This document shows, piece after piece, positions 8,395 through 21,600 of a stretch of 64,000 nucleotides of DNA. The translations under genes and the position numbers were made by a program. Every line of letters begins with the position of its first letter. Positions within the stretch are counted from its first letter, which is position 1. The notes under the pieces are model-generated. The model made no database searches, was not told the DNA's origin, and worked only from the letters and a program-made list of their open reading frames with translations. Source of the stretch: Opitutales bacterium (GTDB taxonomy: Bacteria > Verrucomicrobiota > Verrucomicrobiia > Opitutales > JABSRG01); the NCBI GenBank assembly GCA_049599475.1, contig JBMYOQ010000013.1, positions 1 through 64,000 on the forward strand. The letters run 5' to 3'.

Positions 8395-9540
8395 TCAGGA
8401 TTCAGCAGTTGTTTCGCTACCGAGTTCTTTATTCGAGCCAGCGCTACCTTCGAGCAAAAGCGCTTCGTCCGGACGGTTGCGCGCGATTTCAAGACCTTCG
8501 TCGATACCATCCAAAATTTGAATGTATTTGTGATCCCGAATCCCCAGCTGCACGGACTGCCGACTGAATCCCGTATCTTCCTTTCGATAGACGAAGGGGC
8601 GATCGTTATCATCGAAAAACACGGATGAGATCCCCACCGCAATCGCATCCTCAGCACGGTCGACCAAAATTTCAATGTCTCCGCTAATCCCTGGACGGAC
8701 CAAACGACCAGCCGTCTCCAGCTCAAAACGCACGGGGAAGACTCGGCGGTTACGCTCCGTTCGCGCAGACGCTGCGATCTGGCTCACACGAGCAGTGAGT
8801 TTGTCTCCGCCGAGGGAATCGAAAGAGATCGAGGCCTCCTTGCCGATATAGAGCTCGTTCACTTCGAGTTCGCTCACCGTTGCTTCCAAATACATGCGCG
8901 AGAGGTCCGCTACATTCATCAAGAGCGTTCCATTGCTATTGGAGTTTACCCCATTGATCACGCGACCTTCTGTAAGGTCGAAATCGATCACGATACCGTC
9001 ATGAGGAGCGCGCACAGTGGCCCGATCCAAATCTTTTTGCGCCTCAATCAGGCGCGTTTCGCGAATAGATAACTGTAGCTGAGCGAGTTCAAAATCCGTC
9101 TTCGCATTCAGATAGTCTGCCTCATTGGCATAGTTTTCAGCATGCAGGGCTTTGAGCCGCTCGTAGTCCCGCTCCTCTCGCTCGAGACGCAACCTTTCGG
9201 ACTCAAGCTGCCTCTGAGCCTCCTCGAGGCGAGTCTGTAAATTGGTGCGATCGAGTTCTATCAAGGGCTGGTCCTTCACCACGCGATCACCCTCTGCTAC
9301 AAGAAGCTTCACGATGCGCCCATTGATTTCCGATCTCACCTCTGTCTCCAAGATAGGGCGCACCGAGGCACTTGTGACAATCGTCTCCTCGATATCGGCA
9401 ACAACAGATTTGGTTATCCGGACTTCTTCTATTTGTTTCTGCAGTTCAGCTGCAGTATCGGGTGAGACCGCTTGATAGGCCAGATAGCCTAGGCCGCTAC
9501 AGGCAGCGATAAAGAGAGTTAAAAATATTACAGTTTTCAT
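8395..9540 (-). CDS. Efflux periplasmic adaptor (MacA-like)
   Basis: N-terminal TM, lipoyl half-motifs (EVRSEINGRI; VRAPHDG), alpha-hairpin. Confidence 0.92.
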   Translation of the reverse strand: MKTVIFLTLFIAACSGLGYLAYQAVSPDTAAELQKQIEEVRITKSVVADIEETIVTSASVRPILETEVRSEINGRIVKLLVAEGDRVVKDQPLIELDRTNLQTRLEEAQRQLESERLRLEREERDYERLKALHAENYANEADYLNAKTDFELAQLQLSIRETRLIEAQKDLDRATVRAPHDGIVIDFDLTEGRVINGVNSNSNGTLLMNVADLSRMYLEATVSELEVNELYIGKEASISFDSLGGDKLTARVSQIAASARTERNRRVFPVRFELETAGRLVRPGISGDIEILVDRAEDAIAVGISSVFFDDNDRPFVYRKEDTGFSRQSVQLGIRDHKYIQILDGIDEGLEIARNRPDEALLLEGSAGSNKELGSETTAES

Positions 9541-9552
9541 ATGTGGTGATTC

Positions 9553-11067
9553 TTAAAGCCGTGATGTTTCGGAAGGCTGTCCATCTAAGGGCCCGTCCTC
9601 TTCAGTCTTCTCAACAAGAGAGACCCGGGGCGCAGTGTCCCAAGAGATGTTAAATCGTTGGAAAAGCTCGTGGTCCAAGCGGGCTCGCAAGGTGTCCTGT
9701 CGGAGGACGCGCTGCAGTGTCGACACACGCTGCAGTCGGGCGTCATCCAAGGAACGCTGCGCCTGTAAGACATTTCTAAAGGTTTCGACCCCTGCTCGGT
9801 AACCCGCACGCTCCCGCTCAAATAATTTCTCCTGAAGTGCCACTTGTTTTTCAGAAATTTCCAGCTGAGCCAGGGACGCCTTAAGATCGCGGATCACCTG
9901 ACGCGCAAGCACGCGCTTGTTATACTCGGCGCGCTCGAGCCGAGTGGTTTCTTTACGAAGTTCCAAATTGGCCAAACGCTCATCAGCCTTGTCCTCTCGC
10001 CGTCCCCACGGCATCGAGACAGAGATGCCCGCGCCCCAGGAATAGCCACTTCTCTCGATCGCGGAATCATAAGCCCCAAATGTATCCGATTCCCTACCAA
10101 GAGCCCGGCCATTAAGTGAAAGATCTACCCGGGGCAAAAGGTTGCGCCGCGCCACTGCACGATCGCGCTCCAATATGGCCAATGAGTTTTCGATGATGCG
10201 GAGATCCAGATCATGAGCCATCACCTCTGGGAACCAAATCGCCTCATCAGGCAGCACCGGAGTCGCATCGGGTAATGGAACCACATCGTCCGAGTAATCG
10301 GCCAAGATTTCTAGCCCAAGCAGCACCCACAATTTATCATGAGCGGCTTCAATGCTCAGCTCCGTGTCCAGTAATGCTTGTTGACGTGTGGCCAGCGAAG
10401 CTTGCGCTTGCAACACTTCAAGATCCGTCGCCAAGCCAAGTTCCAAGCGCCGCTCATTCTCACTCAGGAGATTTTCCGCGAGTTCGAGAGAAGACTGAAG
10501 CAGACGGAGCCGCTCCTGCTCGAACGCCAGACTCCAATAAGCGTCCACTGTCTCCTGTATCGTATCCAACACCTGTCCTCGATAGGAGAGCAAAGCCGAC
10601 TCATTGCGCACTCGGGCACGAAACAAGTTGGCCAAATTCACCGTCTTTCCGGCGCCTCCTAAGAGTGGTTGCCGGATATTAAACCCCAAAGTCGCCTGGG
10701 TGTCGTCGCTGAACGAGGAGTAAGCCGCATCTGTAGAAAGAGTGATCTGCGTGCCTAGCCCGGTGCGTTTACTTATGCTAAAATCCCCATCCACCGATTC
10801 TCGTGAGGGGCTGGAATTACCGCTTTGGTCAGTCTGCGAGCCAGGCGATTTCCGCTCATTGTAGCCAAGCGAAGTTCTCAAAGTAGGATCAAAAGAAGCC
10901 TCCGCTCGCTCGATATTCGCCTCTGACTGAGCGTAGTCGAATCGATTCAGACGTACGTCGAAATTGTTCTCCAAAGCTTTCGAGACTGCATCGCCTAATT
11001 CCAAAGACGCTCCATTCACAGTCGAAAGGATCAACACAGAGATTATAAGTGTCAGGTGGTGGTACAT
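9553..11067 (-). CDS. TolC-family outer membrane protein
   Basis: Signal peptide from MYHHLTL; LELGDAVSKALENN; two OEP repeats; first gene of the exporter operon. Confidence 0.9.
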   Translation of the reverse strand: MYHHLTLIISVLILSTVNGASLELGDAVSKALENNFDVRLNRFDYAQSEANIERAEASFDPTLRTSLGYNERKSPGSQTDQSGNSSPSRESVDGDFSISKRTGLGTQITLSTDAAYSSFSDDTQATLGFNIRQPLLGGAGKTVNLANLFRARVRNESALLSYRGQVLDTIQETVDAYWSLAFEQERLRLLQSSLELAENLLSENERRLELGLATDLEVLQAQASLATRQQALLDTELSIEAAHDKLWVLLGLEILADYSDDVVPLPDATPVLPDEAIWFPEVMAHDLDLRIIENSLAILERDRAVARRNLLPRVDLSLNGRALGRESDTFGAYDSAIERSGYSWGAGISVSMPWGRREDKADERLANLELRKETTRLERAEYNKRVLARQVIRDLKASLAQLEISEKQVALQEKLFERERAGYRAGVETFRNVLQAQRSLDDARLQRVSTLQRVLRQDTLRARLDHELFQRFNISWDTAPRVSLVEKTEEDGPLDGQPSETSRL

Positions 11068-11201
11068 TAATATCAGGGGGGGCCACTCAGCAGATGGATA
11101 CGAAAGCGCTGAGTATGGCACTGATTTGAATGAAACAACGCAGCATACCAGATGGTTTCATCGATTCAATTATCCAGGCAGGATAATTTGTTTACGTTGA
11201 A

Positions 11202-12011
11202 CTAAATATCTATCGCTACACGCTCTCGTCCTTCAAAATAGTGGAGCTTATCGAAGCCAATCGAGCTCAACAGCGGGACTACCGATTCAAAATGCTGCGC
11301 AACACTCTCGGGCCTATGGGAGTCCGATCCTATAGTCAGCTTGCATCCCATTTCATGGGCCCATCTTAGGATGATGGGGTCCGGGTGCACCTCGTAAACA
11401 CCTTTGCTCAAGCCACTGGTGTTCACCTCGATGCAAATATCTTCTTCCACCGTAGATAACAAAAACCGACGAATCACTTCTTCGTGCTCAAAGGGCTCAA
11501 AATCGTCAACGGTGCCATAGATGCGAATGACATCTGGATGGGCAATGCTATCGTAGCGCCGCGAGTGGACACCGTCTATCAGCACCCGGAAATAGGCATC
11601 TATTTTTTTAAAGTCTGTATCGAGCTTATGCACCCTCAGCCACTCCTGAAAGATCGCGGTGTGATGATGCATGGACCCAAGTACAAAATGGAAATCGTGG
11701 TCCGCGATTACCGCATCCATCTCGCGCATAATCTCCTCTGACGGAAAAATTTCCGCCTCGATTCCGGCCAGCACGCGCACACCATAATCCTCTCCTACCT
11801 TTGCAGCCGCCCGCACCATGGCAAAGTACAGATCGAGATCTTTCTGCCGCATCCGTATATTGCTTCCACCAAAGCCAATATTCGCCATCGGAATATGACA
11901 GGTAAAGGTGATGAGATCCAGTGCACGCTTAGCGGCTTCGCGAACGTATTCAACCGGCTCACCAATCGCGTGGCCGCAGAGCGGCGTATGCATATGACAA
12001 TCAATTCTCAT
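11202..12011 (-). CDS. PHP-family histidinol-phosphatase (HisJ-like)
   Basis: DCHMHTPLCGHA, AHPD, GSDSH. Confidence 0.88.
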   Translation of the reverse strand: MRIDCHMHTPLCGHAIGEPVEYVREAAKRALDLITFTCHIPMANIGFGGSNIRMRQKDLDLYFAMVRAAAKVGEDYGVRVLAGIEAEIFPSEEIMREMDAVIADHDFHFVLGSMHHHTAIFQEWLRVHKLDTDFKKIDAYFRVLIDGVHSRRYDSIAHPDVIRIYGTVDDFEPFEHEEVIRRFLLSTVEEDICIEVNTSGLSKGVYEVHPDPIILRWAHEMGCKLTIGSDSHRPESVAQHFESVVPLLSSIGFDKLHYFEGRERVAIDI

Positions 12012-12064
12012 TTAATCAGAGGGAAATTCTTTAAAGCCTTTTCTTTTTGAACACCGAAAAACTG

Positions 12065-12709
12065 CTAAGGACTCAGTCGCGAAACAGTCCAGGTGTCGGC
12101 ACCCAAAGATTCGCGCTCATAACGAAAACGGTCATGTAAACGACTAGCGCGCCCCTGCCAAAATTCGACTGTGAGCGGCTGAATCTTGAAGCCTCCCCAA
12201 AAATCTGGCAGCGGAATTTCACCGTCTTTGAACTTTCGCCTCATTTCCTCCAGCTTCATTTCAAGGATCTGTCTCGATGAAATCACACTGCTCTGCTGCG
12301 AAACCCACGCCCCCAACTGCGACCCTTTTGGCCGGGACAAAAAATATTTCAATGAGGTCGCCGAGGACACTTTTTCGGCCACTCCGGTGACAATCACCTG
12401 GCGCTGCAACTCGAGCCAAGGAAAACATACGGATACCTGCGGGTTGTCGCCGATCTGCTCCGATTTTTCGCTCGAGTAATTCGTATAGAACACCAGCCCC
12501 TCAGCATCGAAAGCCTTCATCAAAACCGTACGGCTAGTCACTCGCGCAGCCTTGTCCGCGGTCGAAAGCACCATCGCATTCGGCTCCAGCAACTCGGCAG
12601 CACAGGCTTCTTCAAACCATTTTTGAAACTGCGCCAATGGCTCGTCTGCGAGATCATCGAGCTCAAGTTTCGCTTGTGTGTATTCCTTTCTGAGATCCGC
12701 AGGATTCAT
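12065..12709 (-). CDS. pdxH: Pyridoxamine 5'-phosphate oxidase
   Basis: LRKEY, EPNAMVLST, FYTNY, EFWQGRASRLHDR, RLSP; start reassigned to ATG 12709. Confidence 0.96.
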   Translation of the reverse strand: MNPADLRKEYTQAKLELDDLADEPLAQFQKWFEEACAAELLEPNAMVLSTADKAARVTSRTVLMKAFDAEGLVFYTNYSSEKSEQIGDNPQVSVCFPWLELQRQVIVTGVAEKVSSATSLKYFLSRPKGSQLGAWVSQQSSVISSRQILEMKLEEMRRKFKDGEIPLPDFWGGFKIQPLTVEFWQGRASRLHDRFRYERESLGADTWTVSRLSP

Positions 12710-12837
12710 AAACAGATCAACTTGAGCAGGAAACAAACCGTGTGCAAGCTCCCGAGAACATAGTATCGAAATCGGACGAGGAAGAATTCCACAGCTTCCG
12801 CTTGCGCCCCAGCCGAAGCAAGGCCACATTCCGCGCG

Positions 12838-13224
12838 ATGAAATACGTATTTGACCACACCCGCATCCGCGTTTCCGACCTCGACAAGTCCATCCAGTGG
12901 TATTGTGACCACTGCGGTTTCGAGGTAGACCGACGCACTGACAAATCCCCTTCAGGAAACCAACTCGCCCACCTCGCGATCCCAGGCAGCCCACATAAGC
13001 TCGAGCTGACCTACTCCCCAGATTTCGACGTTACATTTCCCGAAGATCTCATCCATACATGCATCCGTGTGGATGACATCATCACTTACTGCGCTGAACG
13101 CGAAGCTGCTGGCGTCGAAATTTGGCCAGGCAGTTGGAAGGAGAAATTCGCAAACTCCGAAAAACGTATGGCCTTCATCACCGACCCCGATGGCTACGAA
13201 GTAGAGATCTTGGAGATTCAGTAG
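12838..13224 (+). CDS. VOC family protein (lactoylglutathione lyase-like)
   Basis: HTRIRVSDLDKSI..Y, LELTY, AFITDPDGYEVE. Confidence 0.9.
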   Translation: MKYVFDHTRIRVSDLDKSIQWYCDHCGFEVDRRTDKSPSGNQLAHLAIPGSPHKLELTYSPDFDVTFPEDLIHTCIRVDDIITYCAEREAAGVEIWPGSWKEKFANSEKRMAFITDPDGYEVEILEIQ

Positions 13225-13293
13225 AGTTTCTCTAAGGAGATTTCGAAAAATCAGGCGAACCGTTAATTGCGGGGATATGGCATACTCTCAGAT

Positions 13294-13320
13294 CGGCTCA
13301 CCGAGACGGTGCGCCCTACC
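13294..13320 (-). repeat. GTAG-type REP-like palindrome
   Basis: ggtagggcgcaccg-tct-cggtgagcc; a related degenerate hairpin lies at 13393-13417. Confidence 0.55.
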
Positions 13321-13476
13321 AATATGGGTTTAAGATGCGCTGCCAGAAATGAAGAAAAGGGCTATTGAGGTAGCCCCTAAAGGCTTCCGAAACGCCCGTT
13401 CGGAGAACGAGCGCTTGCAGGGTATGCCCCTATAACAACCAGGGCGAAGCTTTGGCATCACCGAAACTCTAGACAC

Positions 13477-13508
13477 AAAAAAGCTCAACCACTTCGGGTT
13501 GAGCTTTT
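13477..13508. terminator. Bidirectional intrinsic terminator after rpmA
   Basis: aaaagctcaacc-loop-ggttgagctttt. Confidence 0.85.
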
Positions 13509-13530
13509 GAAAATTTGCTGAGCGTGAGGC

Positions 13531-13776
13531 TTAAGCTGTGACTACGTTCACCTTGCGGTGTGCTTTGTCGAAAGCAACTTTGCCGTCTGTGAGGGCGAAC
13601 AAAGTGTGGTCACGGCCGATGCCGACATTAGCTCCAGGATGGAAGCGTGTGCCGCGCTGGCGAACGATGATGTTTCCAGCAATAACTGCTTGGCCACCAT
13701 ACTTCTTGACGCCGAGCATCTTAGGATTGCTGTCGCGTCCGTTCTTTGAAGTTCCTTGTCCTTTCTTATGTGACAT
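13531..13776 (-). CDS. rpmA: 50S ribosomal protein L27
   Basis: [35 protein letters not shown]. Confidence 0.99.
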   Translation of the reverse strand: MSHKKGQGTSKNGRDSNPKMLGVKKYGGQAVIAGNIIVRQRGTRFHPGANVGIGRDHTLFALTDGKVAFDKAHRKVNVVTA

Positions 13777-13795
13777 TGTGAGTCCTCTCTAAATG

Positions 13796-14110
13796 TTAAG
13801 CAGTGATTGAATCGATTTTGATAACCGAGAGTTGCTGACGATGACCGATGTTGCGGCGGTAGCCCTGACGGCGCTTCTTCTTGATAATGGTGACCTTCTT
13901 GTCCTTCTTGTTTTCGAGAACGGTCGCTGTTACAGAAGCTCCTTCCACGAGAGGTGCTCCGATCTTGGAGTCCGCGCCATTGTGGATCATCAATACATCC
14001 GCAAGCTCGACGGTGGATCCGGCTTCCGTTTCAGGGAAGCGCGAAACTTTCAGGATATCACCCTCTGAAACGGTGAATTGTTGGCCTTGCGTTTTGATTG
14101 TCGCTTTCAT
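13796..14110 (-). CDS. rplU: 50S ribosomal protein L21
   Basis: [21 protein letters not shown]; directly upstream of rpmA. Confidence 0.98.
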   Translation of the reverse strand: MKATIKTQGQQFTVSEGDILKVSRFPETEAGSTVELADVLMIHNGADSKIGAPLVEGASVTATVLENKKDKKVTIIKKKRRQGYRRNIGHRQQLSVIKIDSITA

Positions 14111-14201
14111 GGGAAAAAGCGTGAAAGAATCCAAATTTAAGAAGCTCTGGCAAGCTATTTATCAAAATTGCTGAGGATTTTAGAATAATTTCTGCGTTTG
14201 G

Positions 14202-14355
14202 ACTCACGCGAAGGCGCTAAGACGCGAAGCTAAATCGCAGCTACTAAGCCTCAAAGGTAGTAAATCATATAGGTCAGCTTTTCCTCGTTCAGCGAGTCGG
14301 GGCTCTAGAAAAACAATCTTTGCGTCTTTGCTCCTTGAGCGTAGCGGGCGTGAGT
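14202..14355. repeat. Short inverted-repeat-bounded intergenic element
   Basis: Ends actcacgc / gcgtgagt, with internal (cgcgaag, cgctaag) versus (ctttgcgtctttg) units. Confidence 0.55.
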
Positions 14356-14376
14356 TTCTATCTTCAGTGAAGAAGA

Positions 14377-15117
14377 CTACTCCGGCTTTTGCAGCACCCA
14401 GAAGCGACAGTCGTCGCTGAACTCGCGGACCCGCTGCGACTCATTCGCCACGACCGAACGCATGACATCTGCCTCGACCCGAAACCCTGCGGCCTTCGCC
14501 ATATCTCGAATTTCTTGAGTAGTCGGCACATGAATGAACAGCATGCCCATATCGGTCTCTTCGTAACGATCTCCAAAATCCTCCAGCTCCGGATTCTGCT
14601 GCCCTTTGCGCCAACGCTTTTTTTCAGACTCCCAAAATGAGCGGAATTTCGGCAGCTCGCGATCGTGCGTCGTAAATACAAAGTAAGCGCCCGGACGAAT
14701 TACGCGGAACACTTCATTCATCGCCTTCTGACGATTGTCCGCTCCAGGAATCTGCATCATCCCGTTGAAGCCAAAGATCGCCCCGTCGAAAAGGTTATCC
14801 TCAAACGAGAGCTTGGTCGCATTCTCCACTTTGAACGGGATCGAATATTCGAGAGCCGCAGAAATTCGGCGAGCCTCCTTGACCATCGCCTTCGCTAGGT
14901 CTGTCGCGAGCACATGTTTATAGCCCAGTTCATGGAGTCCAAAGACGATACGCCCGGTGCCACAGCCCAGTTCTAGAAGGCTCGCATCCTTTTCCGGAAA
15001 CACGCGGGTAAAGATCTTTTCCTCGCTCTCCCAGAGCCCCACACCAGCAGTGGCGCGTGCGTAGTGATCCACGACCATCGTCGTGCTGTAGAATTCGCTG
15101 ACTGACGAATCTTTCAT
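14377..15117 (-). CDS. Class I SAM-dependent methyltransferase
   Basis: LLELGCGTGR, LSFEDNLFD, RVIRPGA. Confidence 0.92.
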   Translation of the reverse strand: MKDSSVSEFYSTTMVVDHYARATAGVGLWESEEKIFTRVFPEKDASLLELGCGTGRIVFGLHELGYKHVLATDLAKAMVKEARRISAALEYSIPFKVENATKLSFEDNLFDGAIFGFNGMMQIPGADNRQKAMNEVFRVIRPGAYFVFTTHDRELPKFRSFWESEKKRWRKGQQNPELEDFGDRYEETDMGMLFIHVPTTQEIRDMAKAAGFRVEADVMRSVVANESQRVREFSDDCRFWVLQKPE

Positions 15118-15119
15118 AA

Positions 15120-17510
<2,391 letters not shown>

Positions 17511-17542
17511 GGCATAGAGAATCTTCTTTATTCACTAGAAAG

Positions 17543-17571
17543 GCAGCCTCCATCCCGGGGCTGCTTTTTTT
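17543..17571 (+). terminator. Intrinsic terminator after icd
   Basis: gcagcctc/ggggctgc stem followed by T7. Confidence 0.85.
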
Positions 17572-17596
17572 GATTTCAAAAAAACTGAATTTACTA

Positions 17597-17626
17597 TGTG
17601 ACTTTTTTCACGAAATTATTTTCGTG
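17597..17626. promoter_or_regulatory. Overlapping palindromes upstream of the sbtA-like gene
   Basis: TGTGA-N6-TCACG (CRP/Rex-like) overlapping CACGAAA-N4-TTTCGTG. Confidence 0.4.
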
Positions 17627-17632
17627 TAACCT

Positions 17633-18580
17633 ATGTCGCTCGTAACGATATTCAATTTACCTGTCCTGTTTTTCATTTTTGGCGTCTTTGCGAAGTTCGT
17701 CCGGTCCAATCTCGAGATACCGGATTCGATCGTAAAAGCAGTCACGCTCTACCTGATGATGGCCATCGGCATCAAAGGAGGTCTCAGCCTCGTGGATGCA
17801 CCCAGCCTACTGGATGCGGCCTCACCCATTTTCATTGTCATCCTAGCCAGCTTTCTGGTGCCCACCTATGTCTATTTCAGTTTCAAACGCTGGGTAGGCT
17901 CGGCAGACGCGGCCGCTATCGGAGCAACCTATGGTTCAAACTCGACGATGACCTTTGTCACCGCAGCAGCATTCCTAGACACCCTAGATGTCCCCTACGG
18001 CGGCTATATGACGGTTGCCCTCGTGATTATGGAAACCCCAGCCATCATCTATAGTATTTTCCTCCACAAGCGCAGCAGTGTCGGTTCTAGCTGGGGGGCC
18101 GTTAAAAATGCTCTCTTGGATGGCACACAGCTGCTTCTTATTGGAAGCCTAGTAATTGGCGTCGCGGGATCCTATGTGACCAAAGATACAAACATGCTCA
18201 CAGGTTTCATATCCGGAGATATCTTCACGGGTATGATGGGCTTCTTCCTACTCCACATGGGATTGAAGGTAGGTGAAAACCTCCGCGACAATCTAAAATC
18301 CCTACTCAACCCCCTCCTTGTTTGCTTTGCCATCATCGGACCGTGGTTAAACGGACTGATCGGCTTTTCACTTTCCGCTCTCTTTGGTCTGCAGCCAGGC
18401 GACGCTCTTTTGGTGACAATACTCTGCGCGAGTTCTAGCTACATTGTGGCACCGGCCATCATCCCCTATGCGATACCCGAAGCCAATGTGGGTAGATTTC
18501 TCACGATGAGTATCGGCATATCTTTCCCGGTAAACATTCTTTTGGGAATACCGGTCTGGTGGAGTCTCTGCCAATTCTAA
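17633..18580 (+). CDS. Sodium-dependent bicarbonate transport family permease (SbtA/DUF897-like)
   Basis: SNLEIP, YLMMAIGIKGG, ATYGS, METPAI, ASSSYIVAPA, FPVNILLGIP; about 10 TMs. Confidence 0.85.
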   Translation: MSLVTIFNLPVLFFIFGVFAKFVRSNLEIPDSIVKAVTLYLMMAIGIKGGLSLVDAPSLLDAASPIFIVILASFLVPTYVYFSFKRWVGSADAAAIGATYGSNSTMTFVTAAAFLDTLDVPYGGYMTVALVIMETPAIIYSIFLHKRSSVGSSWGAVKNALLDGTQLLLIGSLVIGVAGSYVTKDTNMLTGFISGDIFTGMMGFFLLHMGLKVGENLRDNLKSLLNPLLVCFAIIGPWLNGLIGFSLSALFGLQPGDALLVTILCASSSYIVAPAIIPYAIPEANVGRFLTMSIGISFPVNILLGIPVWWSLCQF

Positions 18581-18619
18581 ATGTCTGACCCTCGCACAGT
18601 CTAGTCGATGAATGGAACT

Positions 18620-21600
18620 CTAGAGTAGTTTGCCTATGCGAAATTTCAATTCCGCGACGCCACAATAGAGCACGGGCACTACGAAGATCGTCAGAAGCGC
18701 GAGCAGCATACCTCCAAATGATGGAATTGCCATAGGAACCATAATATCCGAGCCACGGCCCGTAGACGTGAGCACTGGCAAAAGTGCCAGAATAGTGGTA
18801 GCACTCGTCATCATCGCTGGACGCACCCGTCTCACAGCACCCTCAATAACCCTTACTCGAATAGCCTCGATAGAATCCGCAGGAAGATCGCGAAAACGTT
18901 GCCCAATGTAGGTGCTCATCACCACCCCGTCATCAGTCGCGATGCCAAACAGAGCGAGAAAACCGACCCAAACGGCAACACTCATATCGATAGGGCTAAT
19001 CTGAAAGAGGTCTCTGAGATTTTGTCCGAACATTTCAAAATCCAAAAACCAGGGCTGCCCGTAGAGCCAGAGCATAATAAAGCCCCCAGACCAAGCAAAG
19101 GCGACACCTGAGAACACAATACAAGTGGTCGAGAAGCGCTTAAACTGAAGATAAAGAATCGCCCAAATAACAAACAAAGCGATAGGTAATACAATCCTTA
19201 GCTTCTTCTCAGCGCGCACTTGATTTTCATAACTGCCCGTAAATTTATAGCTCACTCCCGCAGGAATATTGAGTGCGCCGCTCGCTATTTTACTCTCAAG
19301 AAATGATCGCGCTTGCTCAACCACCTCGACTTCGGCGAAGCCATCCTGTTTATCGAAAATTACGTAACCGACCAAGAAGGTGTCCTCACTCTTAATCATC
19401 TGTGGTCCTCGCACATAGTTGATAGACGCTAGCTCGCGAAGCGGTATTTGCGTACCATCCGGGGCCGCCACAAGTATACCTTCAATAGATTCAATCGTAT
19501 CGCGCAGCTCGCGCATATAGCGGACCCTCACAGGATAACGCTCACGTCCTTCGACCGTTTGCGTAATCGGTTTTCCTCCAATGGCTACCTCGATTACATC
19601 CTGAACCCTCTTAATTTTCACACCGTAGCGCGCGATGGCATCACGATCTATCGCTATTTCCAAATAAGGTTTGCCTACAATACGGTCCGCGAGCACCGCC
19701 TCTGCTTTCACTGCAGGCACTTGCTTCAATAAGCCCTCAATCTCAAGAGCTACGGATTCTATTGTATCCAAATCGGGACCATATACTTTTAATCCCATGG
19801 GGGCCCGCATGCCACTCTGCAACATGACAATACGCGCAGCAATTGGTTGTAATTTTGGAGCGGATGTAGTGCCTGGAATCGTCGCGGCTCGAACGATCTC
19901 ATCCCAAATATCATCCGGCGATCGTATTTCATCTCGCCACTGCCGGAAGGGTCGACCCCTTTCTTCGAAAATGAGAGCTCCCGACGCATCGCGTTCAAAC
20001 GCTTCTGTCGTAGAATTATAGGCAAAAGTGAGAATACGGCCATTTTCGTCAATTATGTATTCAGACTTATAGGTGATAATCGTCTCGATCATCGAAATCG
20101 GCGCGGGATCCAAAGGGCTCTCTGCTCGACCAAGCTTGCCGACCGCTAATTCTACTTCCGGAATCGCATTGATCGCCATGTCTTGTTTTTTTAATACATC
20201 CATAACCTCTCCTATAGACGCGTGAGGCATGGTTGTCGGCATCAGCAGATATGAACCTTCATCGAGATCAGGCATAAATTCTTTGCCCAAGCCCGGAACC
20301 GCATGCGTCATAGCGACAAAGGGCTTAGACATCTTCACACCATCGGGAAGCCAAGCAAACATTTGCCCGAAACCAATCCACACTGAAAAACCAAATACCA
20401 GGATCGCACCGCATAAAGTGCAGAACAATACCTTCATCCCCAGAACCCACTGAAGGAGTTTCGGATACAGAAGAATAAACAAATAAAATAACCCCAGTAA
20501 CGAGCCTATGCTAAGCAATACAAAAGCAAAATTCTGAAGAGCATTTTCAGGCCCTAAGGGCATCCAGTCTTTAGATAACCAATGCACCATAAAAAGCGCA
20601 AAAACTACTAAGCACAAAACTCTTACTCGAGATCCAAGAAAGGATAGCAGCGATGTCAAAGGCTCAAGAACCCGCTTAAGTGCTCCAGGCTTATGAGCGC
20701 TATTTCCCCTAATAAACAAGTAGACTAAAACAGGTACTAGAACCAATGAAACGATGATTGAGCCAATCAGAGTAAAGGTCTTAGTATAGGCCAAAGGTTT
20801 GAAGAGCTTGCCTTCCGCAGCCTCCATGGTAAGGACAGGCAGAAAACTGATGATCGTTGTAAGGACAGCAGTGACGACAGCTCCGCCCACTTCGCAAGTA
20901 GCATTTAATACGACTGAAAAACGGCTCTCATCCGGACTCTCCTCTTTCAAGCGCTTTAATATATTTTCTACCAATACAATGCCCATATCGACGATTGTAC
21001 CGATCGCGATAGCAATGCCCGAGAGTGCGACAACGTTGGCATCGATCCCCATCAGCTTCATGCCGATGAATGCGCCCAAAACAGCGAGAGGCACCACTAG
21101 GGACACGATAAATGCCCCCCGCAAACGCAGCATCATCACAACAACGACAATTACGGTGACCAGGATTTGTTGGCGTACCGCATTTTCCAAAGTACCCAGA
21201 GTCTCATAAATCAATCCAGTGCGGTCATAAAACGGAACGATTTCCACTTGGCTGACTGCTCCATCATCCAACTCTTTTTTCGGCATGCCTGGCGCGATCG
21301 CAGCGATCTTCTCTTTGACTCGCTTAATCACTTCGAGCGGATTCTCCCCAAAGCGAGTCACTACGACTCCGCCCACAGCCTCCGCGCCAGCCTTATCCAG
21401 AGCCCCTCTACGCAGCGCAGGGCCATATACGACCTCAGCTATCTGTGCCAAAGTTATCGGTACATTCTCGCGCTGAGTCACGACGGTCTTACGCAAGTCA
21501 TCGAGATTCTCGATGAAACCTAAACCACGTATCACATACTCGACCGAATTAATTTCTATAGTGCGTGCGCCGACATCGAGATTACTACCCCGCACTGCCT

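Noticed and set aside
12710..12994. N-terminal extension of pdxH in the ORF track
   Set aside because: Overlaps the divergent VOC gene; PdxH similarity begins at MNPADLRKEY
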